Source of the DNA: an uncultured Chloroflexia bacterium
GTDB taxonomy: Bacteria > Chloroflexota > Limnocylindria > Limnocylindrales > CSP1-4
Length of the DNA stretch: 64,000 nucleotides
NCBI GenBank assembly: GCA_963721545.1
Contig: CAVRKB010000010.1
Location: 148,530 to 212,529 of the forward strand
Reading direction: 5' to 3'
Shown: piece after piece, positions 17,094-29,384 of the stretch
Position numbering within the stretch: position 1 is the first letter of the stretch
Layout of the letters: every line of letters begins with the position of its first letter
Notes under the pieces: model-generated
Database searches by the model: none
What the model was told of the DNA's origin: nothing
What the model saw: the letters and a program-made list of their open reading frames with translations, nothing else
Position numbers and translations under genes: made by a program

Positions 17094-17119
17094 CCGGTTC
17101 GTGCTTGGCGCCGTATGCT
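17090..17119 (+). promoter_or_regulatory. Sigma70-type promoter of rplU-rpmA
   Basis: TTGACC-N18-TATGCT. Confidence 0.55.
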
Positions 17120-17212
17120 GTGCGTTCTGCGCGTCGGCACCGCCGCGCGCCTTTTTCACGTCCGATGTCGCGGTCGTCGCGCGCGGCCGCACCACTGAGA
17201 CCCTGAGGATCC

Positions 17213-17921
17213 ATGTACGCAGTCATCGAGACCGGCGGGAAGCAGTACCGCGTCGAGGTCGGCACCGAGCTCCAGGTCGAACTGCTCGACGCCGAGCCGG
17301 GCAAGACGATCACCATCGATCGCGTCCTGCTCGTCGCCGACGGCGACGAGTCGACGATCGGCCGTCCGCTCGTGGCCGACGCCACGGTCAGCGTCGAGGT
17401 CGTCAGCCAGACGCGCGGACCCAAGCTGATCTCGTTCAAGTACCGGCCCAAGGCCCGCAGCCGGGTCAAGAAGGGCCATCGCCAGGAGCTGACGGTCCTG
17501 CGCGTCGCCGACATCACGCTCAACGGCAAGAGCGCCGCGAAGTCGGCCGAGCAGGCCGAGAAGCAGGCCAAGACCGAGCGCCAGCGCGCTCGAGGAGGCC
17601 GCCGTCGCGCAGGCCGCCCGCGACGCCGAGCTCGCCGCCAAGCTGGCGGTCGGGACCGAGGCGCCGGCGACGACCAAGAAGCCGGCCAAGGCCAAGGCCG
17701 AGCCCGCCGAGAGCGAGTCGGCCAGCGAGTCGACAGCAGCGAAGACCGAGGCGAAGGCCGAGCGAAGCCGGCCGCCAAGACGGCCGACCAAGACGACGAC
17801 GAAGACCACCGCCAAGCCCGCGACCAAGGCCGCAGCGCCGAAGAAGCCGGCAGCCAAGGCCGACGCCGACGCGAAGGCGGACGCTCCCAAGCGGACCCGC
17901 GCCACGAAGAAGGACGAGTAG
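17213..17921 (+). CDS. rplU: 50S ribosomal protein L21 with long Ala/Lys-rich C-terminal tail
   Basis: [23 protein letters not shown]; the tail continues after one frameshift to TAG at 17921. Confidence 0.93.
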
Positions 17922-17926
17922 ACCCG

Positions 17927-18202
17927 ATGGCCCACAAGAAGGCAGGCGGCAGCGTCAAGAACGGTCGCGACAGCGTCGGCCAGCGGCTCGGCGTCAAGGC
18001 CGGCGACGGCCAGCTCGTCAGCGCCGGCTCGATCATCGTCCGCCAGCGCGGGATGACGTTCCTGTCCGGGCCCGGCACCGGGCTCGGGCACGACTACACG
18101 GTGTTCGCGACGGTGACCGGCAAGGTCAAGTTCGAGCACGCCACCAAGTCCAAGAAGCGCATCCGGGTCGAGGCGGTCGAGACGGCCGCCACGAGCGCAT
18201 AA
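17927..18202 (+). CDS. rpmA: 50S ribosomal protein L27
   Basis: [30 protein letters not shown]. Confidence 0.97.
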   Translation: MAHKKAGGSVKNGRDSVGQRLGVKAGDGQLVSAGSIIVRQRGMTFLSGPGTGLGHDYTVFATVTGKVKFEHATKSKKRIRVEAVETAATSA

Positions 18203-18273
18203 CCATCCCGGAGTAGCCGGCGACCACCGGCTGGGCCACGGCCCGGCACGGACGGCGTCGGAGGAGAGCACCA

Positions 18274-18486
18274 GTGAAGCCCGATATCCATCCCAAGTAT
18301 TACGAAGCCAAGGTCCATTGCGGCTCGTGCGGCACCGAGTGGACGGTCGGCTCGACCCGACCGGAGCTGCGCGTCGACGTCTGCGGCAACTGCCACCCGT
18401 TCTTCACGGGCAAGCAGACGATCATCGACACGGCCGGCCAGGTCGAGCGCTTCCAGAAGCGGCTCGAGCGCCAGGCCCGCACGTAG
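18274..18486 (+). CDS. rpmE: 50S ribosomal protein L31 (Zn-binding type)
   Basis: [29 protein letters not shown]. Confidence 0.97.
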   Translation: MKPDIHPKYYEAKVHCGSCGTEWTVGSTRPELRVDVCGNCHPFFTGKQTIIDTAGQVERFQKRLERQART

Positions 18487-18591
18487 GACCGCGCCGACCA
18501 CGGCCGCGGGCCGGAACGAACCATGACGGCGGGCCATCGGCCCGCCGTTTCGATTCCGGCCGGATCCGCCGCACCCGGTAGACTGCCCGAC

Positions 18592-19641
18592 ATGCCCACC
18601 TACACCTACGGCGGCCAGGCGCTCATCGAGGGCGTCCTGATGCGCGGTCGCGACGCGATCGCGGTCGCCCTGCGCCATCCCGACGGCGGCATCGTGTTCG
18701 CCACGGAGCGGCTCGACGCCGGGCTTCCACGGGACGCGCTGGTCGAAGTGGCCGCTCGATCCGCGGCCTCGTCGTCCTGTACGAGACGCTCGTCGTCGGC
18801 ACGCGCTGGCTGGTCCGCAGCGCCAACGTCCAGGCCGAGGAGGAGGGCGTCGAGCTCGGCAAGGGCTCGATCATCGTGATGCTCTCGCTGACCCTGCTGG
18901 CCGGCGTCGGGATCTTCTTCCTGCTGCCCCTTGTTCATCGCCTCGGTGACGACCGCCAACGTCGAGAACGGCTTCGTCCAGCACCTCGTCGAGGGGCTCG
19001 TCCGGGTCGGGATCTTCCTCGGCTACCTCGTCCTGATCGGTCGCGCCCCGGACATCCGCCGCGTGTTCCAGTACCACGGCGCCGAGCACATGACGATCCA
19101 CGCCCTCGAGGCCGGCGATCCGCTGACGGTCGGTGCGGTCCGCAAGTACCCGACCGCGCACCAGCGCTGCGGCACCGAGTTCCTGGTCGTCGTCATCATC
19201 CTGTCGATCTTCGCCTTCTCGCTGGTCGGCCGGCAGACGCCGATCGTGATGGTCGTCAGCCGGATCCTGCTCATCCCGGTGATCGCGGCGGTCGGCTACG
19301 AGATCCTCCGGTTCGGCGCCCGCCATCGCGCCAACCCGCTCGTCAAGGTGCTGCTCTACCCGGGCCTGCTCGTCCAGATGATCACGACGAAGCAGCCGAC
19401 CGACGACATGATCGAGGTCGCGATCGTGTCGATGGAGCAGGCGCTCGTCGCCGACGGCGAGTCCGTGCCGGAGGGCTCGGGCGAGTTCGAGCAGCGACCG
19501 ATGCTCCTGCCCGAGGCGGCCGCCGCGACAGCAGCCGCCGGCCAGGAGCGACCGCGTCGCAGGTCGCCGCCGCCGGTCCCGCGCGCCACCGCGGCACCGG
19601 CCGCCGGGAGCGTTCCGACCGATCCGCCGCCCGGTACGTGA
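18592..19641 (+). CDS. DUF1385 membrane protein, frameshifted
   Basis: YGGQALIEGVLMRG, RVFQYHGAEH, HQRCGTEF, TTKQP. Confidence 0.9.
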
Positions 19642-20729
19642 GCGACCTCGACGCCAAGCTGACCGAGGTCGCCGCGCCAGTACGACGACCTCCAGGCCGA
19701 GCTGACGCTCCCGGAGACCTCGCAGCGACCCGGCCGCCCTGCGCCGCCTCGGCCAGGAGCTGGCGCGCCTCGAGCCGGTCGTCGAGGCCTTCCGCCGCCT
19801 CGAGGCCACCCGGGCCGAGCTGGCCGGCGCCCGCGAGATGCGCGACACCGCCGAGGCCGACGAGGAGCTGCGCGCGATGGCCCGCGACGAGATCGACCGG
19901 CTCGAGGCCGACGAGACGCGCCTCCTCGAGGAGCTCAAGGTGCTCCTCCTGCCGCGCGACCCGAACGACGACCGCGACGTCATCCTCGAGATCCGGGCCG
20001 GCGCCGGCGGCGACGAGGCGGCCCTGTTCGCCGCCGAGCTCTACCGGATGTACCTCCGCTACGCCGAGCGCCACCGCTTCACGCCCGAGCTGCTGAGCCT
20101 CAACGAGACCGGGATCGGCGGGATCAAGGAGGCGATCGTCCAGGTCCACGGCGACGGCGCCTACAGCCGGCTCAAGTTCGAGGGCGGCGTCCATCGCGTC
20201 CAGCGCATCCCGGCGACCGAGTCGTCGGGGCGGATCCACACCTCGACGGCGACCGTCGTCGTGCTGCCCGAGGTGGACGAGGTCGAGATCGAGATCGACG
20301 AGGAGCGCGACCTGCGGATCGACGTCAAGCGCGTCGTCCGGGCCCGGGCGGCCAGTCGGTCAACACGACCGACTCGGCGGTCCGCGATCACCCACCTGCC
20401 GACGGGGCTCGTCGTCGAGATCCAGGACGAGAAGAGCCAGCACAAGAACAAGGCCAAGGCGATGGCCGTGCTCCGCTCGCGGCTGTACGACCTCCAGCAG
20501 CAGAAGCAGCGCGAGGCCGATTCGGCGGCCCGGCGGTCGATGGTCGGCGCGGGCGACCGCTCGGACAAGGTCCGGACCTACAACTTCCCGCAGGACCGGG
20601 TCACCGACCACCGGATCGGCAAGACCGTGCACAACCTGCCGGGCGTCATGGACGGCGACCTCGACGACCTGATCGACGCCCTCAGCATGGCCGACCAGGC
20701 GGACCGGCTCGGTCGACGGGGCCGGCTGA
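19638..20729 (+). CDS. prfA: Peptide chain release factor 1, frameshifted
   Basis: EIRAGAGGDEA, LKFEGGVHRVQRIPATE (PxT RF1 motif), GGQSVNTTDS, RTYNFPQDRVTDHRI. Confidence 0.95.
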
Positions 20730-21666
20730 CGGCGCGACGGGCCGGCGTGGCGGGCCGCCGCCCCTGACCGGCGCGCTGCTGCGCGAGGGCACCGAGCGGC
20801 TGCGCAGGCTGCCGGCTCCGAGACGCCCCGGCTCGACGCCGAGCTCCTGCTCGGCCACGCGGTCGGCGTCGGGCGGACCGGCGATCGTGGCCCATCCCGA
20901 GGCGCCGGTCGGCGCGGACGCCGCGGCGCGCTACCGGGCGGACCTCGAGCGTCGGGCCGCCGGCGAGCCGGTCGCCTACATCCGCGGGATCAAGGAGTTC
21001 TACGGCCTCGCCTTCAGCGTCGACGCGCGGGCGCTCATCCCGCGGCCCGAGACCGAGCGCCTCGTCGAGCTCGCCGAGGCCGAGGTCATGCGCCGGCTCG
21101 GGTCGCGGACCGGCCGGCGACGCGCCGCTCCGGATCGTGGACGTCGGGCACGGGGAGCGGCGCGATCGCCGTCGCGCTCGCCGTGGCGCTGCGCGGCGCG
21201 AACGCCCTCGACGCGGTCGAGATCCTGGCCGACGGATGTCGTCGCCGGACGCGCTCGACCTCGCCCGCGAGAACGCCGTCGGGCACGCCGTCGGCCGACC
21301 GGATCGCGTTCGCCGAGGCGGACCTCCTGCCCGCCGGCGACGCGCCGACGGCGCTGCCGTTCGACCTCGTCCTCGCCAACCTGCCGTACGTCCGGCACGA
21401 CGCGATGGCCGGGCTGCCGCGCGCGACCTCGTTCGAGCCGGCCGCGGCGCTCGACGGTGGCGCCGACGGGCTCGAGGTCATCGGCCGGCTCGCTCGACCG
21501 GCTGCCCGGGGTGCTGGCCGCGGACGGCGTCGCCCTGCTCGAGATCGGGGCCGACCAGGGCGAGGCGATCGTCGAGCTCGTCGCGGCGCGGCTGCCGGGC
21601 TGGTCGTGCGAGGTGGTCGCCGACCTCGCGGGCCTGCCGCGCGTCGCACGGATCGCGCGCGGCTGA
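20730..21666 (+). CDS. prmC: Release factor glutamine methyltransferase (start approximate), frameshifted
   Basis: RLDAELLL, GEPVAYIRG.KEFYG, LIPRPETE, ANLPY, LDGGADGL, LEIGADQ. Confidence 0.9.
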
Positions 21667-21720
21667 GGGCCCGCCCGCGCATCGGCAGCGTCGGCGGCGG
21701 CAGTCGGGCAGAATCGGCGC

Positions 21721-22667
21721 GTGCCCATCATCCGGTCGCCCGACCCGATCCTGCCCGTCGGCCTCGTCGCGCTCGACATCGACGGGACGCTCGTCGGCGA
21801 CGACCTGGACATCGGTCCGGACACGCGGGCGGCGATCCGGGCGGCCCGTGCGCGCGGCGTCCCGGTCAGCCTCGTCACCGGCCGGATGGTCTCGAGCGCG
21901 CTGCGCTTCGCCCGCGAGCTCGAGCTGGACACGCCGATCGTCGGCTACCAGGGCGCGCTCATCCGCGAGATGCCGGCGCGCGGATTCGATCCGCCCCGGG
22001 CGGCTGCTCGTCCACACGCCGCTCCGCGCGGAGGTGGCGCGCGACGTCGTGCTGTGGACGCGCTCGGTGGGGCTCGACCCGCACCTGAACCACCTCGAGC
22101 GGTTCATCGTCCGCGCGGACGACCCGCGCGCCGACGACTACAGCGCGTTCATGGGCTCGAGCCCGCAGCTCGAGGACGACCTGGTCGCGTCGATCCGGCA
22201 CGCCGGTGACCAAGGTCATGGCCGCCGGCGAGCCGCCGCTGCCGACCGAGGTCGCCGCGGCGGCCCGTGCCCGCTTCGCCGGTCGTGCCGACGTCACGGT
22301 CAGCCACCCGCGCTTCCTCGAGTTCGTGGCGCCGGGCGTGTCGAAGGGCCGGGCCGTGCGCTGGCTGGCCCGCCGGCTCGGGTGTCCCGCTCGGGGCGAC
22401 GCTGGCCATCGGCGACCAGTGGAACGACATCGAGATGCTGGCCGAGGTCGGGCACGGGACGGCAATGCCGACGCGCCCCGGCCGAGGTCCGGGCGGTCGC
22501 CCGCTACATCGCGCCGCCGCTGGCCGAGGAGGGCGTCGCGCGGATGATCGAGGCGCTCGTCCTGGCGCGACCCGCCGACGCCCGCGCGGCCTCGGACCGG
22601 CTGATCGCCGACGCCGCGGGCCAGGCGCGACGCCGAGGCGGCCGTCGTCGAGCCCGTCTCCGCATGA
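21721..22667 (+). CDS. Cof-type HAD-IIB hydrolase, frameshifted
   Basis: DIDGTL, VTGR, GVSKG, AIGDQWNDIEML. Confidence 0.9.
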
Positions 22668-23321
22668 CCGTCCGGACCGTGGCCGACGACGCTGCCGGAC
22701 GGGCGTCGGCCGTCGACGTCCTGCGCGCCGGGGGGATCGTCGCCCTCCCGACCGACACGGTCTACGGCATCGCGGTGGCGCTCGAGACGCCCGGCGGCAT
22801 CGAGCGCCTGTTCGAGGTCAAGCGACGCACGCCCGGCAAGGGCATCGCGCTGCTCCTCGCCGACGCCGGTCAGGCCGCCTCGATCGGGGTGATGACCCCG
22901 GCCGCCGACGCGCTCGCCGCCGCGTGCTGGCCCGGCGGGCTGACGATCGTCGTCGCGCAGACGGCCCGACGTCGCCCTGCCGGCGGCGCTGACCGGCGGC
23001 CTCGCCACGATCGGGCTGCGCGTGCCCGACCACGCCGCCCCGCGGGCGCTCGCCCGCGAGGCCGGGCCGTTGCCGACGACGTCCGCCAACGTCTCGGGCT
23101 TGCCGGAGGCCACCGATGCCGCCGGGATCGTGGCCCAGCTCGGGGACGGGGTCGACCTGATCCTCGACGGCGGAACGGCGGCAGGTGGCCCGGCCTCGAC
23201 CGTCGTCGACTGCGCCGGCCGGACCCCGGTCGTCCTTCGACGTGGTGCGATCGCCGTCGAACGCCTCAACGCGGTCCTGGTGGCGGCCGGCCTCCCCGGC
23301 GACCTCGAGGTCGCCCGATGA
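22664..23321 (+). CDS. tsaC: L-threonylcarbamoyladenylate synthase (YrdC/TsaC)
   Basis: GGIVALPTDTVYG, WPGGLT, GLRVPDH, TTSANVSG, ASTVVD. Confidence 0.9.
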
Positions 23322-23718
23322 TCCGCGGGCTGACCGGCCTCCTCGCGGCCGCGCTGGCCGCCCTGGCCGCGGGCATCGACAGCCTCGATGGCGACGCGGA
23401 GCTCGTGCCCGTCTTCGTGCTCCTGACGCTGGCCGGCGGTGTCGTCGCGTGGGCCGCCCAGCCGCCGTTCACCGGGCCGCGCCGCGCCTCGTGCAGGTGA
23501 TCGCGGTCGCCTGGGCGCTGGCGGGGCTCTGGGCGGCCGGCCTCCTGCTGGCGTTCCCCGGGTCGCAGACGGCGCCCGGACCCGAGCCGCTCTACCTCGG
23601 CCTGCCGGCCTCGACGTATCACGCCGGCGCCCTGCACGCCGGCGCCATCCTCGTCCTGCTCGGGGCGTTCGGGCCGGACCGCTGGTTCACGCGGGACGGC
23701 CACGACGACGCGGCCTGA
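23318..23718 (+). CDS. Small hypothetical membrane protein
   Basis: ATGA overlap with tsaC; 3-4 hydrophobic stretches across one frameshift. Confidence 0.5.
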
Positions 23719-23829
23719 CGGGCGCCGACAGCCAACCTCGCCCGGAGCGGACCTCGTTCGTGGGAAGATAGCCAGTGGGCGCGCCGGCGGCGCGAGGGGT
23801 GGCCCGCAGCGGAAGGAGTCGGCCTCACG

Positions 23830-25173
23830 ATGACGATCTCGCGCCCGCCCGGCCTGATGCTCGAATTGATCGCCGAGACCGATCCCGTCCTGTGGGAGGC
23901 GATGCTCGGCGAGCGCCGCCGCCAGCACGACAAGATCGAGCTGATCGCGAGCGAGAACTACACCTCGGCGGCGGTCATGGAAGCGCAGGGCTCGTGGCTG
24001 ACCAACAAGTACGCCGAGGGCCTGCCGGGCAAGCGCTACTACGGCGGCTGCGAGTTCGTCGACGTCGCCGAGCGCCTGGCGCAGGACCGGGCGCTGGCGC
24101 TCTTCCCGGGCGCCGAGCACGTCAACGTCCAGCCGCACTCGGGTGCGCAGGCCAACATGGCGGCCTACTTCAGCGTGCTCGAGCCGGGCGACCGGATCAT
24201 GGGCATGAACCTCGCCCACGGCGGCCACCTGACGCATGGCATGGCGCTCAACTTCTCCGGCCGGCTGTACGAGGTGCATGCGTACGGCGTCCGCGAGGAC
24301 ACCGAGCGGATCGACTACGACGCGATGGCCAGCCAGGCGCGCGACGTCCGGCCGAAGCTGATCGTCGGTGGCGCGTCGGCGTACCCGCGCCTGTGGGACT
24401 TCGAGCGGATGGCCGAGATCGCCGCCGACGTCGGCGCACTGCTGTTCATCGACATGGCCCATTTCGCGGGCCTCGTCGCGGCCGGCGTCCATCCCAGCCC
24501 GTTCCCGTTCGCGGACCTCGTCACGACGACGACCCACAAGACGCTCCGCGGCCCGCGCGGCGGCATGCTCTTCGGCCGCCGGACGCTGCGGGCCGGGCTC
24601 GATGCGGACGCGTTCCCGGCGGTCAAGAACGGCGCGGCCGACGGCGCCCTGGCCGCCTCGATCGACCGGACCGTGTTCCCGGGCATCCAGGGCGGTCCGT
24701 TGATGCAGGTCATCGCCGGCAAGGCCGTGGCCTTCAAGCTGGCCGCCGAGCCGGCCTTCCGCGACGACCAGCGGCGGACCGTCGACAACGCGCGGATCCT
24801 CGCCGAGACGCTCGCCGGGCGGGGCGCACGGGTCGTCTCGGGCGGCACCGACAACCACCTCATGCTCGTTGACGTGACGCCGCTCGGGGTGACCGGCAAG
24901 GAGGCCGAGCACCTGCTCGACGAGATCGGGATCACGGTCAACAAGAACGCCATCCCGTTCGACAAGCTGCCACCGAACACCGCGTCGGGCATCCGCGTCG
25001 GGACGCCGGCCACGACGTCGCGCGGGTTCGGCCCGGACGAGATGGAGGCCATCGGCCGGATCATCATCGATGCGATCCGCGGACGGGACGATGCCGCCGT
25101 CCAGGCCCGCCTGGCCGGCGAGGTCCGCGAGATCGTCAGCCGCTTCCCGGTCCCGGGGCTGCCGTCCGCGTGA
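23830..25173 (+). CDS. glyA: Serine hydroxymethyltransferase
   Basis: [57 protein letters not shown]. Confidence 0.97.
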   Translation: MTISRPPGLMLELIAETDPVLWEAMLGERRRQHDKIELIASENYTSAAVMEAQGSWLTNKYAEGLPGKRYYGGCEFVDVAERLAQDRALALFPGAEHVNVQPHSGAQANMAAYFSVLEPGDRIMGMNLAHGGHLTHGMALNFSGRLYEVHAYGVREDTERIDYDAMASQARDVRPKLIVGGASAYPRLWDFERMAEIAADVGALLFIDMAHFAGLVAAGVHPSPFPFADLVTTTTHKTLRGPRGGMLFGRRTLRAGLDADAFPAVKNGAADGALAASIDRTVFPGIQGGPLMQVIAGKAVAFKLAAEPAFRDDQRRTVDNARILAETLAGRGARVVSGGTDNHLMLVDVTPLGVTGKEAEHLLDEIGITVNKNAIPFDKLPPNTASGIRVGTPATTSRGFGPDEMEAIGRIIIDAIRGRDDAAVQARLAGEVREIVSRFPVPGLPSA

Positions 25174-25216
25174 CGCAGCGCGAACGCACCGAGCGGCCGG
25201 CGACCGCCGCGCCTCG

Positions 25217-26405
25217 ATGAACTTCATCTCCACCGCTGGCTCCGCCGTCGTTCCGATCCTGATCGTCTTCCTGTGCGCCGCGGTGCTCGCCCTCGTGCTG
25301 ACCCCGATCGTCCGGCGGATCGTCATCCGCTACGAGATCGTCGACCAGCCGGAGGAGCGGCGGGTCAACGTGGTGCCCGTCCCGCGGGCCGGCGGCCTCG
25401 CCGTGTCGGCGGCGTTCCTGCTCGTCGCGGGCATCTTCCTGATCGTCAACGAGCAGATCGACCTGATCGCCGTCCCGGTCAAGATGCAGCCTTCCGCCGT
25501 CGCGGCGCTGTTGCTCGGCGGGGCGATCGCGGCCGGCCTCGGCGCGATCGACGACCTGTTCGACCTGCGCGCCCGATGGCAGCTCCTCGGCCAGGTCGCT
25601 GCTCGGCGTCGGTGCCGTCGCGGCCGGGGTCACCATCGACTTCATCGCCAACCCGTTCGGGCCCGGCGTCGTGCGCTTCGACGGCCGGTGGCCGCGGGCC
25701 TGACGATCTTCTGGGTCGTCGGGATGATCAACAGCATCAACTGGATCGACGGGCTCGACGGCCTGTCGACCGGCGTGTCGTTCATCGCCGCCGTGACGCT
25801 CGGCCTGATCAGCCTGACGTCGGAGGTGGGCCAGCCGCTGATCGCCGTCATGTGCTTCGCGCTGGCCGGCGCGCTCCTCGGCTTCCTGCGCTGGAACTTC
25901 CACCCGGCGACCATCTTCACCGGGACGAGCGGCGTGCAGTTCGTCGGCTTCACCCTGGCGATCCTGGCGATCCTCGGGACGGCCAAGGTGGCCGTCGCCC
26001 TCCTCGTCCTCGGCGTCCCGATCATCGACACGTTCTGGATCATCGTCCGCCGCCTGTCGCAGGGCCGCTCGCCGTTCACGCCCCGATCGGACGCACATCC
26101 ACCATCGCCTGCTCGACCTGGGGCTGTCGCATCGGCAGACCGTGCTCGTGATCTACGGGATCTGCCTGGTCATGGCCGTCCTGGCGCTGCTGCTGTCGGG
26201 CACGACCAAGCTGTACGCGTTCGTCGGCGTGTTCATGGCCTTCGGGCTCGTCCTGTTCCTGCCGATCCAGGGCGGGTTCCGGCGACCCGAGGACCTCGAT
26301 GCGGAGGCCTACGGCCCGAACCACGTTGCCGACGAGCAACAGGAGGACGGGCCGCGCGGCATAGGACATTCGGCGCTATGGCCAACGCCGAGGGGTCACT
26401 GGTAG
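25217..26405 (+). CDS. MraY/WecA/TagO-family undecaprenyl-phosphate GlcNAc-1-P transferase, frameshifted
   Basis: VPRAGG, GAIDD, INSINWIDGLDGL, GFLRWNFHPATIF, PIIDT, HIHHRL. Confidence 0.9.
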
Positions 26406-26490
26406 GATCACGACCGAACCGGATCGGGCAGGCGATCGGGACCGTCATCGACGGTGCCGCCCCGAATTCCGGCCATCACGGTGGTGATCG

Positions 26491-28207
26491 ATGCTTCCTC
26501 GTCGCCGCCTCTCCGTCCCGACGACGGCCGTGCTTGCCGGCGCTGCTCCTCGCGGCCCTCGCGCCGGCTGGCGTCGCGGCCGCCGGCCCGATCGCCGGGA
26601 ACGACGAGTTCACGGTCGGCGTCAACGCCCTGCAGGCGACGCTCGACGTCCTGGCCAACGACACCGATCCGGACGGCGACTCGCTGCGCGTCATCGACGT
26701 GACCGAGCCGGCGCATGGCAGCGCCTCCCCGTCGATCGACGGGACCGCCGTCGTGTACGAGCCGGACGCCAACTTCCATGGGATCGACACCTTCGACTAC
26801 CTGGTCGACGACGGCGCGCTTGGAACCGCCAGCGGAACGGTCACGGTTACGGTCAACGACCCACCGGTGGCGGTCGACGACCCCGGCGCTGTGTGCGGGC
26901 CGTCGAGCCCACCGGGTAACGAGCCATTCGGTGGCGCCTTCCCGCTTCCCGAGGACTACGTCGGCGACTTCCCGCCGACCGACTACTTCATCCTGATCTG
27001 CGGCCTGCTGGCCAATGACTCGGACCCGAACGGTGACCCGCTGACGTGGGAGATCTACACGGATCCCGCGCACGGCGACGTGATCAAGTTCGACGAGACG
27101 TTCTTCGGCTATCGCCCGGACCCGGACTACAGCACCCCGCCCGGCGACGAGCCCGGCGGCGAATGGATCTCCGACAGCTTCACCTACCGCGCATTCGACG
27201 GGCTGTCGTATTCCGAGCCCGCGACCATGCGCTACTGGGTCGCGCCGATCAACGACGCGCCGTCGTTCACGCCGGGCGGGGACATCTGGGTCGTCGAGGA
27301 CAGCGGCACGTACAGCGCGACCGTGGGCGACCGACATCAGCCCGGGGCCGGCCAACGAAGCCGACCAGACCGTCAACTTCGAGCTGCGTGGCACCTCCGG
27401 GGTGGCGTATGGCGCACCGGGGCCGATCTTCGAGACGCTGCCGGCGATCGACAGCGACGGCACCCTGACCTTCACGCTGCAGGCCGGGCGTCTACGGTGA
27501 GGCGACCGTGACGTTCGGTGCCAGGGACGACGGCGGGACCCTGCCCGACTACACCCAGAACACGCGCACGCCGAAGGCCGACGACACGGCCGACGACGTG
27601 ACCTTCAAGATCTTCATCGCCTCGAACGCGGTGGACGCTGCGGACGACGTCGTGGCCTTCCCCGAGGATCACGCCCCCAGCCCGTGGCTGATCCCGGTCC
27701 TCGTCAACGACACCTACCCGGCGGGCGCAGGCATCGACAGTGTCAGCCCGGCCGCCCTCGGCAGCGCGACGATCTCGGCGGACGGTCAGGCGATCCTGTA
27801 CACGCCGCACCCCAACGCCAATGGCGAGGATTTATTCACCTACAGCGTGAGCGACGGCGTCGGTGGCGTGGACAGCGCGACCGTGTTCCTGTCGGTCACG
27901 CCGGTCAACGACGCGCCCGTGGCCGTCGACGACGTCGCAACCGTGGCGCGGAACGCCCCAGCGACCGCCATCCCGGTGCTCGGCAACGACGTCGACGTCG
28001 ATGGCGAGAGCCTGCTGATCACCGCGAGGACCAGCGGCTCGAAGGGCCAGGTCGTGATCACCGGTGGCGGAACGGGGCTGACCTACCTGCCCAACAGGAA
28101 CGCGACGGGCACGGACAGCTTCACGTACACGATCACCGACGCGGCCGGCGCGAGCGCGACGGCGACCGTGCAGCGTGACGATCCCGAAGCCCGGCCACAA
28201 CCCCTAG
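26491..28207 (+). CDS. Secreted Ig-like/cadherin-like tandem repeat protein 1, frameshifted
   Basis: Signal peptide-like N-terminus; repeats DVLANDTDPDGD..P.HG..YEPDANFHG.DTF.Y and VNDAPVAVDD. Confidence 0.8.
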
Positions 28208-28332
28208 GCGAGGGGTCGGTCGACCCGCGCCGACTAGGGCAGGTGCCCCGGTGGGCGTCATTGCGGACCTCTGGTAGCATCGCGCGGCGCTCCTGAGCAC
28301 GAACGGGCGCTGCATCTCGGGGGTCAGCAGAC

Positions 28333-29384
28333 CTGGATCTCAACACCGCGGTCGTCGTGATCGCCGTCATCGTCCTGGCCATCGTGGGCGCGAGGCTTGC
28401 CCTCGCTCGAATTCGGGCGACCGTGGCGGCACGTCCGACGCCGCCGATTCCTCGGATGGGCTGGGCGGCGTCGTCGACCGGTCGATCGGCATGTACATCG
28501 TCCGCCGGCTGGGCGGCCGCCCGACGACGGCCGCGGTCGATGTCCCGCCCCCGCCGGCCGCGTTGACCGCGGACGAGGTCGCCTACCGGATCGGGACGCC
28601 CGGGGCGCCCGTGCCGGACGATCGATGGGCGGAGCGACACGGCCAGACCGCCGCGGCCGTGGCGGCGACAGCAGTGACGCCGCGCGCAGCCCCGCCGGCA
28701 CCGGCCACCTCCCAGGCGCCTGCGCCTGCGCCACGCCGCCGAGCACGCGAGGCGGGCGTGGCACTGGCCGGCCTCGCTGCCGTGGTCGTGTTCGCCGCTG
28801 CTTGTCTGGCCCGGTATGGGCGGAGGCGGGCAGCCAGGGCGAACATTCCTATCGGTTACGCGCGCGGACGTGTCGGCCAGCCCGAGCTTCCGGGCATCGC
28901 TCGCGGCGGTCGAGCCGACGCCGGCCGGATCGGTGGCCGCGGAGACGTCCGCCGCAACGGCTGCGCCTCCGACGGCGTCTCCCTCGGCCAGCCCACCCCG
29001 GCCCCGACCGCGAAGCCGAAGCCAGCGACGAGGCCGGCAACCCGGGCTGCGCCACGCCGACGCCCACCCCGACCCCGAAGCCAACCCCAAGCCCGCCAAC
29101 CGACCCCCAAGCCGACCCCGACCCCGACGCCTGCGGCGCCACACGCGGTGATCGGTGTGTCGGCCTCATGCGTCGACGCGGGCGGCGGGACGATCGACTT
29201 CAACGGCGGCGGATCGACCGGCGAGACGGATTACGACTGGGACTTCGATGACGGCTCCGGGTCCGGGGCGGCGAACCCGAGCCACTCATTCGACGGCGGA
29301 CAGCCGAGCTATACCGTGATCCTGACCGTGACCGGGCCGGGCGGCTCCAATTCAGCTTCGGTGGTGATCAGTGTCCCGTGCTAG
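28333..29384 (+). CDS. Membrane protein with Pro/Thr linker and C-terminal PKD domain (start approximate)
   Basis: Two hydrophobic segments, PTPKPTPTP linker, FNGGGS..YDWDFDDG..NPSHSF..YTVILTVTGPGGS. Confidence 0.7.

Noticed and set aside
23719-23829. ZMP/ZTP or THF riboswitch upstream of glyA
   Set aside because: The conserved ZTP elements (CGxGACUGGCG..GGUGGG..CCAC and the 3' CGCCUGGG) are not present
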